A stretch of DNA of 64,000 nt, from IMG/VR virus record IMGVR_UViG_3300042401_002002, one strand, 5' to 3'. Below the pieces are notes generated by a model. The model had not been told where the DNA came from. It searched no databases and saw only the letters and a list, made by a program, of their open reading frames with translations. This document shows positions 38,894 through 49,324 of this stretch, in pieces; within the stretch, counting starts at the first letter, position 1; every line of letters begins with the position of its first letter. Source of the DNA: a virus. Taxonomy: Duplodnaviria; Heunggongvirae; Uroviricota; Caudoviricetes. Position numbers and translations under genes: made by a program.

Positions 38894-38918
38894 TGAAAGT
38901 AAATAGTTTGTTTTGTAA

Positions 38919-40406
38919 TTAATTCAAGTTAATACCTTGAAGTGGATGTGCTGATAACGCTTGTGACATTATTTCATCTTCATTATATTTTTGTTCAAAT
39001 TTCTCTTCTTCTTTAACTATTTTTTCATTAAAGATAGAGTTTGGGTCATCTGATTGTATTTCTAACGTATCTTTATCAAAAGTAACATTTTCCCACATCA
39101 TACCATTACCTGAAATTCTTGATTTACAAATCATGAAATTATTTAGATTATTCTTTTTCATTTCAGGTGTTGCAGCACAACCTAAAACCACTGCCGCTTT
39201 TTTACCTAACATAGCTGAACCGTATATATCAGCTAAGGTTAATACAGGCGCAATGTTAGCATTTTTACCTGCTTGGCAAGCTGTGAAAATAGCTATTTGA
39301 TAATATTCAGCCATATTGTCCATAGCTCTTACAACTAAAGATTGCGAAGTAAATTCGGAATTTGTAGGTATTTCCCAGTCAAGGCAATCGTAATAGTCTA
39401 AGTGTAAGGCAGTTACCTTTTTTCCAGTCTTGATTTCGGTATCTTCTATTAACTTTTTTATTTGACTTAACTTACTACCATCAGGCATTCTGGTTATTGT
39501 TAAAGTTCCGGTGTTTGGATTTTCTTTAACTATTTTTAGTCTTTTTTGAGCCAATTCTTTGTTAGCAACCAATTGTGATATAGGAATACCAACCAAGTGT
39601 GAAAAAATTTTGCGTCTTACATCATCACGTTTACCTTCTAACAAAACAAATAAAATATTTTCACCAGCTTTGTATTGATTAGCCGCTATTACCGACATTA
39701 GACTCGTTTTTCCTTGTCCCTGACCACTGAGGCAGACAAAAATTTCACCAAATGAAATTCCGCCATTTGTACCAAACGCATTATCAATAAAATTAATACC
39801 TGTTTTAACTGCTCTTCTACTAGTTTCTGAAAACACTTCGTCTTCATTATCGAATATATCAATAGCGTCTTGTTTAACCTTACCAATGTTTGATACTTTT
39901 TTAATTCTATCAATAACATCATCTAACAAGTAATCACCAACATTTCCATTATTTAATAAAGATTCTCCATGAACTAAAGCTTTTAGTAATTCTTTTTGTT
40001 TGATGAAGTTTAATGATTGGTCTTTGATTAATTGTGTATCATTATTGATTGTGCCATTTTTTCTATCAATAGTAATCTTTCTAATTTGTTGTAATCTTGC
40101 AACAATCTCAGCTCTATCTACATCGTTCTGTACCTCAGTATTAACAATGCTGAAAATATTTTCAATATTTGGAGGTAATTGGTATTTATCATAATAATTC
40201 TTGATTTGAATCATTATCATCCTTAAACTTTTATCCTCAAAATAATTACTATCAATAGAATGTATTATTTCATCAAAAAACGTATTATTAGTTTTTAGAT
40301 TAATATTATTAGGTGTTAAAATCTCATTTAATAACTTAACTTGATATAATTGACCAAGTTTACTAAATGTGGGTAAATTGTCTTCAGCGTCATTCAACTG
40401 ACTCAT
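38919..40406 (-). CDS. replicative DnaB / T4 gp41-like helicase
   Basis: Walker A GQGQGKT, LLEG, HLDYYD, TACQ, CKSR. Confidence 0.9.
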   Translation of the reverse strand: MSQLNDAEDNLPTFSKLGQLYQVKLLNEILTPNNINLKTNNTFFDEIIHSIDSNYFEDKSLRMIMIQIKNYYDKYQLPPNIENIFSIVNTEVQNDVDRAEIVARLQQIRKITIDRKNGTINNDTQLIKDQSLNFIKQKELLKALVHGESLLNNGNVGDYLLDDVIDRIKKVSNIGKVKQDAIDIFDNEDEVFSETSRRAVKTGINFIDNAFGTNGGISFGEIFVCLSGQGQGKTSLMSVIAANQYKAGENILFVLLEGKRDDVRRKIFSHLVGIPISQLVANKELAQKRLKIVKENPNTGTLTITRMPDGSKLSQIKKLIEDTEIKTGKKVTALHLDYYDCLDWEIPTNSEFTSQSLVVRAMDNMAEYYQIAIFTACQAGKNANIAPVLTLADIYGSAMLGKKAAVVLGCAATPEMKKNNLNNFMICKSRISGNGMMWENVTFDKDTLEIQSDDPNSIFNEKIVKEEEKFEQKYNEDEIMSQALSAHPLQGINLN

Positions 40407-40567
40407 TTGTTTTTAATTTAAAGGGTTCAACATATTTGGAATTTTAAGCGCGTTTAACGCAGGTTGATTCAAACCTAATACTTTATATCAACTAACTAAT
40501 ATTGTGTCTCTACGGTACATAAAAACACACTTTAAAGATACAATACTAATTAATATAACGGCTATTA

Positions 40568-40942
40568 CTACCAGTCAATTTCTATACAATATTCACCTGC
40601 TTTTATCAAACCTTTACTATAGAGGTCATTAATAACCATATCAACGTGAGGATAGAAATTTCTTTGATAGTCAATATCATTACCTTCGATATAGTCAATT
40701 TCTAACCAATTTTTGAAACTAACACCACCAAAACCATCAAACGGGTCTTTTTCATTTGGGTCAAACTCACCAGATACGTCTTCATGGTCATAAGGATTAG
40801 TTACAGGAACAGTTATATGTTCAGTACCTCTATCTTTGCAACCATCTTGTTGTTGGAATGAATACGGTTTACTATAAGTTTTCTCTACAAGATTATCCCA
40901 ATCTTGGAGTTTAACCATTTGTATTGTTGTTGTCTTTAACAT
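40568..40942 (-). CDS. hypothetical phage protein
   Basis: 124 aa. Confidence 0.65.
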   Translation of the reverse strand: MLKTTTIQMVKLQDWDNLVEKTYSKPYSFQQQDGCKDRGTEHITVPVTNPYDHEDVSGEFDPNEKDPFDGFGGVSFKNWLEIDYIEGNDIDYQRNFYPHVDMVINDLYSKGLIKAGEYCIEIDW

Positions 40943-41334
40943 TTTTTATCAGATTTATTAAAAACCTAAACTACAATATTTCTATTATAGTTTAGGTTTG
41001 AATGTTATTTGTACACCTTTAACACCAATAAATTTATATTCAACTAACCAATTTTGTTGGTTGCAAATTTCTTCTAACCAATCAGTAAATTTCTTTAAAG
41101 GAAATTTATGCATCATGTTATAAGTTTTATTGGGTTTTATTGAAAGTGTGTTGTCCATATTAATTTATTGATTCTAGTCAATTTTTGAAACAAACACTAC
41201 AATAACCAACTTAATGATTATTGTAGTGTTTAATAAAGCATTTACTCTTTAGTTACTGTTACTATAATTAAAATAAGTAGTAGTAAATTAGTTGCAATTA
41301 ATTGGATATCCATAATTTTAGCACTTAACTATAT

Positions 41335-41892
41335 TTACTCAACAACTAAGAAACTACTGAATGGGTGTCTTTCGTAGTTTTTGTGTAGGATTTCAAAATC
41401 ACGTTTTTTAAGTTGTGATTGAATATCTGTAACAATGTCGCTGAATGTGTCGGTTAAGTTATAACTAAATCTAACATTTGGGTTATAATTTTCAACCATG
41501 AAATTTCTTTCAATTACGATGTCTTTAGTTGGGTTACCTTTTTCATCAGTACCTTCGTTATAAAGAACGTATTTGAATTTTTCTTGGTCGTTAATGTAGA
41601 AACCTTCATCACTTTTACCGCCTGTTGAAAGTCTAACTGTTTTGTTTTCAGAATCAGGTAATTTTGCAAACTCGGCAGCTTTAATGTAGTTAATTAACTC
41701 ATTAGTTTTTTTGTTTGAGCCAGCAATCCTTAAATCTTTATCAGGAGTTGAAAGAGTTTGTTTAAACTGACGAATGTAAGTTTTAGCTACATCTTGTAAG
41801 TTTATGTTGTTAATAAAGTGTTTAGGAAAGATTCTTTCTGTAATAACTTTATTGTTAAGTAATAATGCAAATTTAAAGTGAGAATTGCTCAT
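41335..41892 (-). CDS. hypothetical protein (internal duplication of an ERxF motif)
   Basis: FKFALLLNNKVITERIF and FKYVLY...IVIERNF. Confidence 0.65.
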   Translation of the reverse strand: MSNSHFKFALLLNNKVITERIFPKHFINNINLQDVAKTYIRQFKQTLSTPDKDLRIAGSNKKTNELINYIKAAEFAKLPDSENKTVRLSTGGKSDEGFYINDQEKFKYVLYNEGTDEKGNPTKDIVIERNFMVENYNPNVRFSYNLTDTFSDIVTDIQSQLKKRDFEILHKNYERHPFSSFLVVE

Positions 41893-42021
41893 TCGGTAGA
41901 GATTTATTCGGAATTAGTTTGTTTCTTTGCTTTAGACGTTATTATTTTATTTCTAAAGTAAGAAGAGTAAACAAACAACACAATTTATTATTTTAATGTG
42001 TTGTTTGTTTTTGTGGTTTTG

Positions 42022-42297
42022 TTATTTTAGGTTTTTAATATCTATCGTTGTTTCAATGAACAAATCAGATAAACCTAATTTTTTTAGTTCATTTTTTAGT
42101 AATCTAGTTTTTGCTCTTTCTAAAGTATTTTCTGTTAGTAAAGAGAACATAAATACAGTAGTAAAAATACTGTTTAATTCTTTTTGACCTGGTTGATTTG
42201 TTGCAAAGAAGAATAAAACTAGTATTAAAAGACCAAATACTGAACATTGCAATATTACATTAGCGTAATAAACAATTTTTGTTACTTTGTTTGACAT
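42022..42297 (-). CDS. small membrane protein
   Basis: Two hydrophobic segments. Confidence 0.55.
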   Translation of the reverse strand: MSNKVTKIVYYANVILQCSVFGLLILVLFFFATNQPGQKELNSIFTTVFMFSLLTENTLERAKTRLLKNELKKLGLSDLFIETTIDIKNLK

Positions 42298-42303
42298 TAC
42301 AGA

Positions 42304-42762
42304 TTAAGCTTTAAAAGGTTTCTTGCCTGCTTTACCTTTCTCTTTTTGGTCTTTAGCTTCGTCAGCTTTTTGTTGAATTAATGTTCTAACCAATTCTTTA
42401 GCTCTACTAAGTTTTTTGTCATACTTAGATTGAAGACCTGAGAATGTTGTGTAATCTGGTGTTGCTTTTGAAACAATTTCTTTGTCTTGGTCGAATCCAA
42501 CGTAAGCTAAAGCTTCTTCAATGATGATATCTCTTGCTTCATCATCTAATTTGTCAAAAAGGTCTTCGTTGACAAAAATTAAGAATTCGATTTCATTTAG
42601 GTATTCAATTACACCATTTGCTTTTGCAGGTGAATAAATATCCTTTTGTTTTTCGTTGTTAAGTAACTTTATTTTAATAAAGTCTGGGAGTGAGGTTTGT
42701 TTGTTTCTGATTTCGTTAAATCTTTCTTGTAATTCATCAGATACTTCTGTAAACTTAGCCAT
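42304..42762 (-). CDS. phage metallopeptidase-fold protein, likely inactive
   Basis: FDKLDDEARDIIIEEALAYV...PD resembles the phage metallopeptidase family but lacks HExxH. Confidence 0.5.
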   Translation of the reverse strand: MAKFTEVSDELQERFNEIRNKQTSLPDFIKIKLLNNEKQKDIYSPAKANGVIEYLNEIEFLIFVNEDLFDKLDDEARDIIIEEALAYVGFDQDKEIVSKATPDYTTFSGLQSKYDKKLSRAKELVRTLIQQKADEAKDQKEKGKAGKKPFKA

Positions 42763-42927
42763 TTAGTTTATTGGTTAAGAGGTTAAACATTTATTTAAAT
42801 TGATAATGCAAACTTAGTAATAAAAAATGATAAAACCAAACAATTATTTAACATATTTTCTTGTTAAAGTGTGTTTTTCTTTTAACTGTTTGGTTTTTAG
42901 TTGTAAAATTTTAAAAATATTTTGTTT

Positions 42928-43473
42928 TTATTTACTATCACTAATAATATCATCAACATCTTGTAAATTTGATGTTTTGTTTATTTTTATTACCTTATCT
43001 AGTACACTATATTCTTGTCTTTCTACATTTATGTAATTATTTATTCTTGGTTTTTCATTTATATTTATTAGTAGGTCATCTTTTTTATATAAAAAGTTAT
43101 CATTATAATTATTTGTTGTGGAACCTGTGTAAATATAAGTTGTTGTGTTTGTTATTAGATTTGTTGTATAAATAATATCATTTAAATTATAAACAACTTG
43201 TGTATATTCTAAAGTAGTTGGGTTTCTTGTTAAATTGATAACACCATTTACACCTATTTGGTATGGATTTGTCTGGTCATACGTTCTAATTTCATCTAAC
43301 ATAGATTCGGTTGAACCTGTAATGAATATATTATTTTTATTTGTTGTGTTTGGATTATTATTTTCTATTTCATCATTTACTCCGGATAATTTAAATGATT
43401 CAGTTAGTAATATATCAATATTGTATTCGGTTGAACCTGAGTTATATAGTATTTTTTTGGTTATTGTTTGCAT
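42928..43473 (-). CDS. putative virion protein
   Basis: N/T-rich, ITGSTES; start taken at MQTITKK after ATATTTATT. Confidence 0.55.
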   Translation of the reverse strand: MQTITKKILYNSGSTEYNIDILLTESFKLSGVNDEIENNNPNTTNKNNIFITGSTESMLDEIRTYDQTNPYQIGVNGVINLTRNPTTLEYTQVVYNLNDIIYTTNLITNTTTYIYTGSTTNNYNDNFLYKKDDLLININEKPRINNYINVERQEYSVLDKVIKINKTSNLQDVDDIISDSK

Positions 43474-43539
43474 AATTGTACTATTTATAATAAATATTAG
43501 AAAATAACTAATATTTTGATTATTTAAACAAATATTAAT

Positions 43540-43929
43540 ATGGCAAGACCTATAAAAAAACAAAATAATTTTACTACTGGGTATGATTCAGTTTTAGGTG
43601 AGTTGGGTAATTTAGCGAAAGAACTTAATGATTTTAAAATGAAAGCATTAAGGGATTATAATGAAGTAAGAGCTTTGGCTGGTAAGGATGATTTAGCTGA
43701 TAAAATTCAGATTGAAAATATACGTGCTAACTGTATGAAAAGCTTCCAGGAATTCTTTAAATTAAGGGTTGATGTTCTTAAAATTCATGCAGCTGTTGCG
43801 ATGAAAGCTAATGCAAAAAGTAAAGAAGTTGAAGATGCTGCTAGTTTAGGTACTGGTGAAAAGGAGTCGATGATGGATTTGATGGAAAAACTTAAGAAAG
43901 ATATATCAGATTCTAGATTGAAAAATTAA
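43540..43929 (+). CDS. hypothetical helical protein
   Basis: 129 aa; ACTATTTATA at 43480. Confidence 0.65.
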   Translation: MARPIKKQNNFTTGYDSVLGELGNLAKELNDFKMKALRDYNEVRALAGKDDLADKIQIENIRANCMKSFQEFFKLRVDVLKIHAAVAMKANAKSKEVEDAASLGTGEKESMMDLMEKLKKDISDSRLKN

Positions 43930-43934
43930 ACAAT

Positions 43935-43969
43935 AAAACCTCTCTTAATTAATTTTAGGAGAGGTTTTC
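43935..43969. terminator. bidirectional terminator
   Basis: AAAACCTCTCTTAA...TTAGGAGAGGTTTT. Confidence 0.75.
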
Positions 43970-43972
43970 ATT

Positions 43973-44570
43973 TTAACAAGGTAATTCATTTATTTTTATT
44001 ATCCAACCACTTGGAATGTTTATCATAGCTAATACATTTTTAAAATATTCATCTTTTGGTGGTACGGTTATGTTGTCTTTCTCAGGTGATAACATTTTTA
44101 ACAAAATAAGTTCATTGTAACACGCTTCAATATATTTGTTGTAAATGTTTAAAACCATGTTACTCGTTTTAGGTATTAAATTTTGTATTTCATAACTAGC
44201 GTTTATTCTAACTTTTTCAGCTAACTGAATGTATCTTGATTCTTCTTCAGTAAATGTTGTTAAGATAATAGTATTTCCTAAGACAGATTTGTTATGTTGT
44301 CTAATTTTATCAATAACGTCAACGTTTTCAAATCCGAAATAAGGGTCGTCTATGATTAAATCATTTATTCTGTAACCTATTAAATTACTATTGAATGATT
44401 TAATTTTTCTATCTATCAAATGACTATGTTTTTTATTAAAAGATTTTGATTCAAAAATTTTTGGTTTTATGTTTTAAACTTGGTATAAAGTTTGCAACAT
44501 TTTTATTTAAAAGCTCAATGGCTCTGGTGGTTTTTCCAGAACCTCTTGGTGAAGAATAGACGTAAATCAT
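43973..44570 (-). pseudogene. frameshifted small P-loop NTPase
   Basis: MIYVYSSPRGSGKTT (Walker A) from 44570 stops after an AAAAATTTTT run; the next frame continues to GYRINDLIIDDP (Walker B-like). Confidence 0.6.
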
Positions 44571-44599
44571 GTTAAAAATTTTTATAAAATTAGTTTAGT

Positions 44600-45001
44600 T
44601 TATTCCATTTCAAAAATATATTCTTCATTTTCATTCCATGTAAAATTTATTTTATTTTTATAATCATGTATACATATTGAGGTTTCATTAGGAAAAATTG
44701 TTAATACACCTGAAAAACCGATTAGATTAAAATTTAGTAAATCTGTTCTATTGTTCATTATTTCTACAGTTTTTTCACATATTTTGGTAATTTTAACATA
44801 TTGTCCGTTTTTAAATTTTTTATTTTTTAAATCAGATAACATATTTTCTTTTATTTTAGAAACATTTTCAGTTCTTATAATATAATCTCGATTGTTATAT
44901 GTTTGATTTTTTAATTTATTTAAAAATACTGTACTATCTATTTTATTATCAATTTGTATTTCAGATATTATTTTTATGATTTCATCTAAATGGTAAGCCA
45001 T
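44600..45001 (-). CDS. hypothetical protein
   Basis: Start taken at MAYHLDE. Confidence 0.55.
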   Translation of the reverse strand: MAYHLDEIIKIISEIQIDNKIDSTVFLNKLKNQTYNNRDYIIRTENVSKIKENMLSDLKNKKFKNGQYVKITKICEKTVEIMNNRTDLLNFNLIGFSGVLTIFPNETSICIHDYKNKINFTWNENEEYIFEME

Positions 45002-45094
45002 AATTAATTTATTTTTCACTAGTATAATAAAATTAATTAACATTTCCAAATTATTTCATTTATTTTTACATTATTTATAAAAAAGTATTATAAT

Positions 45095-45991
45095 ATGGAC
45101 ATATCCGACCACATGTTAAGAGGTTCTGGGAAACCAAACAAAAGAGACGGTTTAAAAACCAAGACAATACATATTGCTGAGGTTATTGATAATAATGACC
45201 CAACGGATAGTTATAGGGTTAAATGTAAAATACCTGGGTTAGATGATACCGTTTCATCTAGTGATAATCGTTTGTGGTGTAATTTTTTTGGTTATAAAGG
45301 TTCTAGTGTAATTCCTAAGATAGGTGAATCTGTTTATGTTATTCTTGGTGATGTTTCATATCCTTTGGAATTTAGATTTTGGTCAGGACCTGTTATTGGT
45401 GATTTACAGAATATGGAATTTGATTCTTATGTTAGTTCTTTGAATAATCAAACAGGTGCTGTACTTGAAAGTAACAAACCTCTTTCAACTGTACCTAATT
45501 CAGATAAAACATTTCCTGTTACAAATAATGATGATTTAAATGATTCTAAATTATTAGGAAGGTATGGTTCTGATTTATTATTACCTAGGAATAAATTTAG
45601 ATTAAGAGCAAATAAAAATAATTCTGATTTAAGTATTAATAATATTAACCCTGTCATAGTTGAAGGGGGTATCAATAAAGATTCTGATACTTCTTATCAC
45701 GCTATTATGAGCGATATGTTGGTTTTATTATCAAGAGCTGAAGGTTCTGCTAAATTAACAGGTAATAATCATGAAATAACTGAAGATGATATTCAAAATA
45801 TAAAACAAAACGGTTTTACAACACTTAGAGCTGAACCAACTGTTGAGTTATTAAAATTAATGATTAGGTTTATGTTTGAACATATGCATCCTTACGGAGG
45901 AAAGGAACCTTTGTTGAATTTAGATTTACCTAAAAGTATTGCAAACTTTGATTTTGAAACAATTAAAAATAAAGGTATTAAGATTAATTAA
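45095..45991 (+). CDS. baseplate hub / gp5-VgrG-like N-terminal OB-fold protein
   Basis: AEVIDNNDP...RVKCKIPG...W...IPKIGESVYV; HxH near the C-terminus. Confidence 0.8.
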   Translation: MDISDHMLRGSGKPNKRDGLKTKTIHIAEVIDNNDPTDSYRVKCKIPGLDDTVSSSDNRLWCNFFGYKGSSVIPKIGESVYVILGDVSYPLEFRFWSGPVIGDLQNMEFDSYVSSLNNQTGAVLESNKPLSTVPNSDKTFPVTNNDDLNDSKLLGRYGSDLLLPRNKFRLRANKNNSDLSINNINPVIVEGGINKDSDTSYHAIMSDMLVLLSRAEGSAKLTGNNHEITEDDIQNIKQNGFTTLRAEPTVELLKLMIRFMFEHMHPYGGKEPLLNLDLPKSIANFDFETIKNKGIKIN

Positions 45992-46081
45992 TTTAAAAAC
46001 ACACTCAGTGATTATTCTATTTGGTAGATAAATTATAATTGTTTGCAACCAACTATAAACTAATTTGAGTGTGTTTGTTTT

Positions 46082-47512
46082 TTAACCGAATTTATTACAT
46101 TTTTTACAATAACATGTTTGGTCAAACGGGTCTGCTGTCATTACCCATTGATGTTCACATTCAGTTTTTGTATTATCTATAAACTCATCAACTGTTGGTC
46201 CAACTTTATCATATTCTTGTGACTTATTCCAATCTTCAAGAATTTGCTCTTTCGATGTTGTTCTGAAATATTCTTTCAGTTCTTCTAGAAAGTTTTGGTT
46301 GTTATTTTCCATTTTGTTCTTTAAATTTTTTAATTGATAAAACCAATGCTGATAAAGGTGTTAAACTTGTATTGTAACATTCTTTATTAATATAACCATA
46401 ATACTGAAAATCCTCACCTCGAATAATTTGAATATCATGGTTTAGTTGAAATTGTAATATTTCATCTAAATCAAACAATTCTTTGGTTAATTTATTTTCT
46501 TCTTGAAAGTAATTAAATTCCATTATTACCAACATTTAACTTTTCAACTTTAATAATATACTCTTCAAGCAAACTTGTATTCTTTGAAATATAGAACCTT
46601 TCAACACCTGTTGAATCTTTGTTTTTAAATGCTTCTACAGTCTTTTCTTCACCATTATACAAAGTAGTTACTAAATATTGGTTATCTGGGTTATATCTAG
46701 CATTAAATAATAAACAATCTTCGTTATTTTCCTCTAGACCTTTTTCCATTCGATAATTTCTACTTATCCAACCAAATAAATTAATTCTTTGTTCAGGTGT
46801 TAATTGATTATAATAGCTATCAATAACTTTCTGAAAGAACATAGCTCTGGCGATAGGTACAGGAGGTATGCATGTTTCAACTAAGAAACTAAACTCAAAG
46901 AAATCTATAATGAACCCTTCTGGTTTTGTTGTTTTGTTTTTTTTCATTACTTTAAATCTTATCTACTTTCCAACCGAATTGTGCAACAAAGTTTGAAGCT
47001 AGTCTTAATCTATTTTCTTTATTATTTCTAAGATATGATTTTCCAAACAAATGAAATGTTTTTTTCTTTGTTTTAAAATAATCACCTAACCAGTTAATAA
47101 ATTCTGATTCTTGTTCCTTGGTCCAAGTATGTGACCAATACCAATTATCAGCTTTAACAAACTCTCTAATATTATCAGTTGGTGCTGATACACTTTTAAA
47201 CATTTCTGGTAAAATATCTTCGTATAGATATTTATCAATTAATTCTTGTCTGTTTAACATATTTTATAAACTTTTAATAAATGATTCGGTTTCTCTAACT
47301 AAACTAACAAAGTCTGATGATTCTATCTTTTGATAACCAGTTGAATTTCCGTTTTTGAAACGTATACTTGCTGTATATTCTATCTCATTTTCTGTAAAAA
47401 GTTTTCTACCTATAGTAAATTCAATCTTATCAACTTTATCTGATTTAAACGGATTACTATAACTAGAAATAAATTTCTTTTCTTCTTCTGAATTATTAAA
47501 TATATTTAACAT
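46082..47512 (-). CDS. run of five small hypothetical genes (46082-46312, 46302-46535, 46513-46947, 46952-47260, 47264-47512)
   Basis: Closely packed co-oriented ORFs downstream of a TAGATTTG box. Confidence 0.6.
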
Positions 47513-47694
47513 TATATTGTTTTATTTAAGTTATTATTTAAAATCTTAAACGTTTTTAAGTATAAAAGGTTGCAATATTTAACACTTTTACATTAAAGAC
47601 AATACAAATCTAGTTGTTTTAAACTAATAAAACAAATTTTTACTAAACAATTTTTACATAAATTGTCAAAATGAGAACCTACTATTTAAGGGAA

Positions 47695-48906
47695 CTAAAC
47701 AGTTTCCAATAAAGAAGAAAACAAATTAAAACTGTTGCAGGTAATGTTGTTAGAAAACTTAATCATTGATGAGTTATTCTTGGTTGAATAGAATACTTTA
47801 CCATACTTAGAAACAAGTTTATTAGTTTGTAAATCATCCAACATGTAACCATCATCATTAAAAGAGTATTCTTGAATTTTATCTTTTTCAATAAGATTTA
47901 ATTCTTTTAATCTTTTAATAATTTTAGAACCTTTAGATTTAGATTTAAAACCAACACATTTAGCAACACCTTCTCTACTTAAAGTAAAGAAAGGGTTTCT
48001 ATTTGATTTAATAAATTCTTTTGAATCTTCAATTTTGTCTTTATTCACAAAGCCTGATAATAAATTATACACGGTTCGTTTGTCTTCATGTATATAAAAA
48101 TCAAGATTCTTTTCAATGTCTTTACGAGCAATTGAATATCTTTTTTTATTATACGAAGTTATTCCCTTATATTTTTCGGTAATCTTATTATCTAGTACCT
48201 TCTGAATTAATTTATCAACATACTTTTCTCTTTGCTGTTCAATACTATTATTGATACAGTAAGCGTATAATATGTTTTTAAACTTATCCTTTTCATGTTT
48301 TACATTTTTATCAAAAATTACATTATTATCCCAATATTTTATATTATGAAAATCTCTTACAAGATTTTGTTTATTATATTTATTTACAATTAAATTTGGA
48401 TTAACTAAAAAATTATTATCAAATATTAATTTATCTTGCATCGTACCAACATTAATAATGTTTTCATCAACAAGACCATCAAAATAATATTCGTTATCTA
48501 AAACAACGTTGTCAGTGATAATTAAATTATCTTTTCTGATTCTTAATGTTTCAAACATAACCTTATCAGTATCTTTTCCGTTTTTATTATTATAACCGAA
48601 AGAATCAATAAGATTATATTTTGAATTTAAAAATAAATTACCATTCTCTATCCTAACTAAACCTTTTTCTTTAAGAAGTTGAATCCTTCTTCTTATTGTA
48701 GCTTCTGAATAACCTGTCTTTCCACATAAAAACGCATATTTCTTCCTGTACCCTTTTATGGCACCACAATTTGTTAATGATTTAAGCTGAAGAAAGAATT
48801 CTACTATTGTAAACTGTTCTTTTTCAGACATTAAACCTAACAAAACTTTTGGAAACGATATGTAAGTCTTTTGTTTTTTGATAATTTCTTGGTAATTTAT
48901 GTTCAA
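47695..48906 (-). CDS. winged-HTH DNA-binding protein (replication-initiator-like)
   Basis: TGYSEATIRRRIQLLKEKGLV and LSREGVAKCVGF...IIKRLKELNLI HTH-like segments. Confidence 0.5.
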   Translation of the reverse strand: MNINYQEIIKKQKTYISFPKVLLGLMSEKEQFTIVEFFLQLKSLTNCGAIKGYRKKYAFLCGKTGYSEATIRRRIQLLKEKGLVRIENGNLFLNSKYNLIDSFGYNNKNGKDTDKVMFETLRIRKDNLIITDNVVLDNEYYFDGLVDENIINVGTMQDKLIFDNNFLVNPNLIVNKYNKQNLVRDFHNIKYWDNNVIFDKNVKHEKDKFKNILYAYCINNSIEQQREKYVDKLIQKVLDNKITEKYKGITSYNKKRYSIARKDIEKNLDFYIHEDKRTVYNLLSGFVNKDKIEDSKEFIKSNRNPFFTLSREGVAKCVGFKSKSKGSKIIKRLKELNLIEKDKIQEYSFNDDGYMLDDLQTNKLVSKYGKVFYSTKNNSSMIKFSNNITCNSFNLFSSLLETV

Positions 48907-48948
48907 ACTTAATAAAATTTATTGAATTATGCAAATAAAAGAAGAAAA

Positions 48949-49212
48949 TTAATCTTGTATCATTTCAAAAAAATTAATATCTAATTTATATAAAAAATAA
49001 TTATCACTACTACTTACTTCTAAATTATAATAATTTATTTTAGTATTATGTGAACCTTGATGTATTAAAAAATTATTTGGTAAATCTATTTTAACATCTA
49101 ATTTAAAACTCACAGGCATGTATAAATATTTACCGTTACTGTAATACAGACATAAATCACTCAATTCAAAAACTTCATGTTTATCTAGTTGTTCATCTAA
49201 AATATAATTCAT
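48949..49212 (-). CDS. hypothetical protein
   Basis: 87 aa. Confidence 0.5.
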   Translation of the reverse strand: MNYILDEQLDKHEVFELSDLCLYYSNGKYLYMPVSFKLDVKIDLPNNFLIHQGSHNTKINYYNLEVSSSDNYFLYKLDINFFEMIQD

Positions 49213-49324
49213 ATTCTATTTCTTTTAAATATATAGTTTATTATAAACTTTTATAATAACAAGCTTCCAAAATACCAATTAATTTAATTTTTAGGTTAAT
49301 CTATTTATTAAAAATACAATTCAA

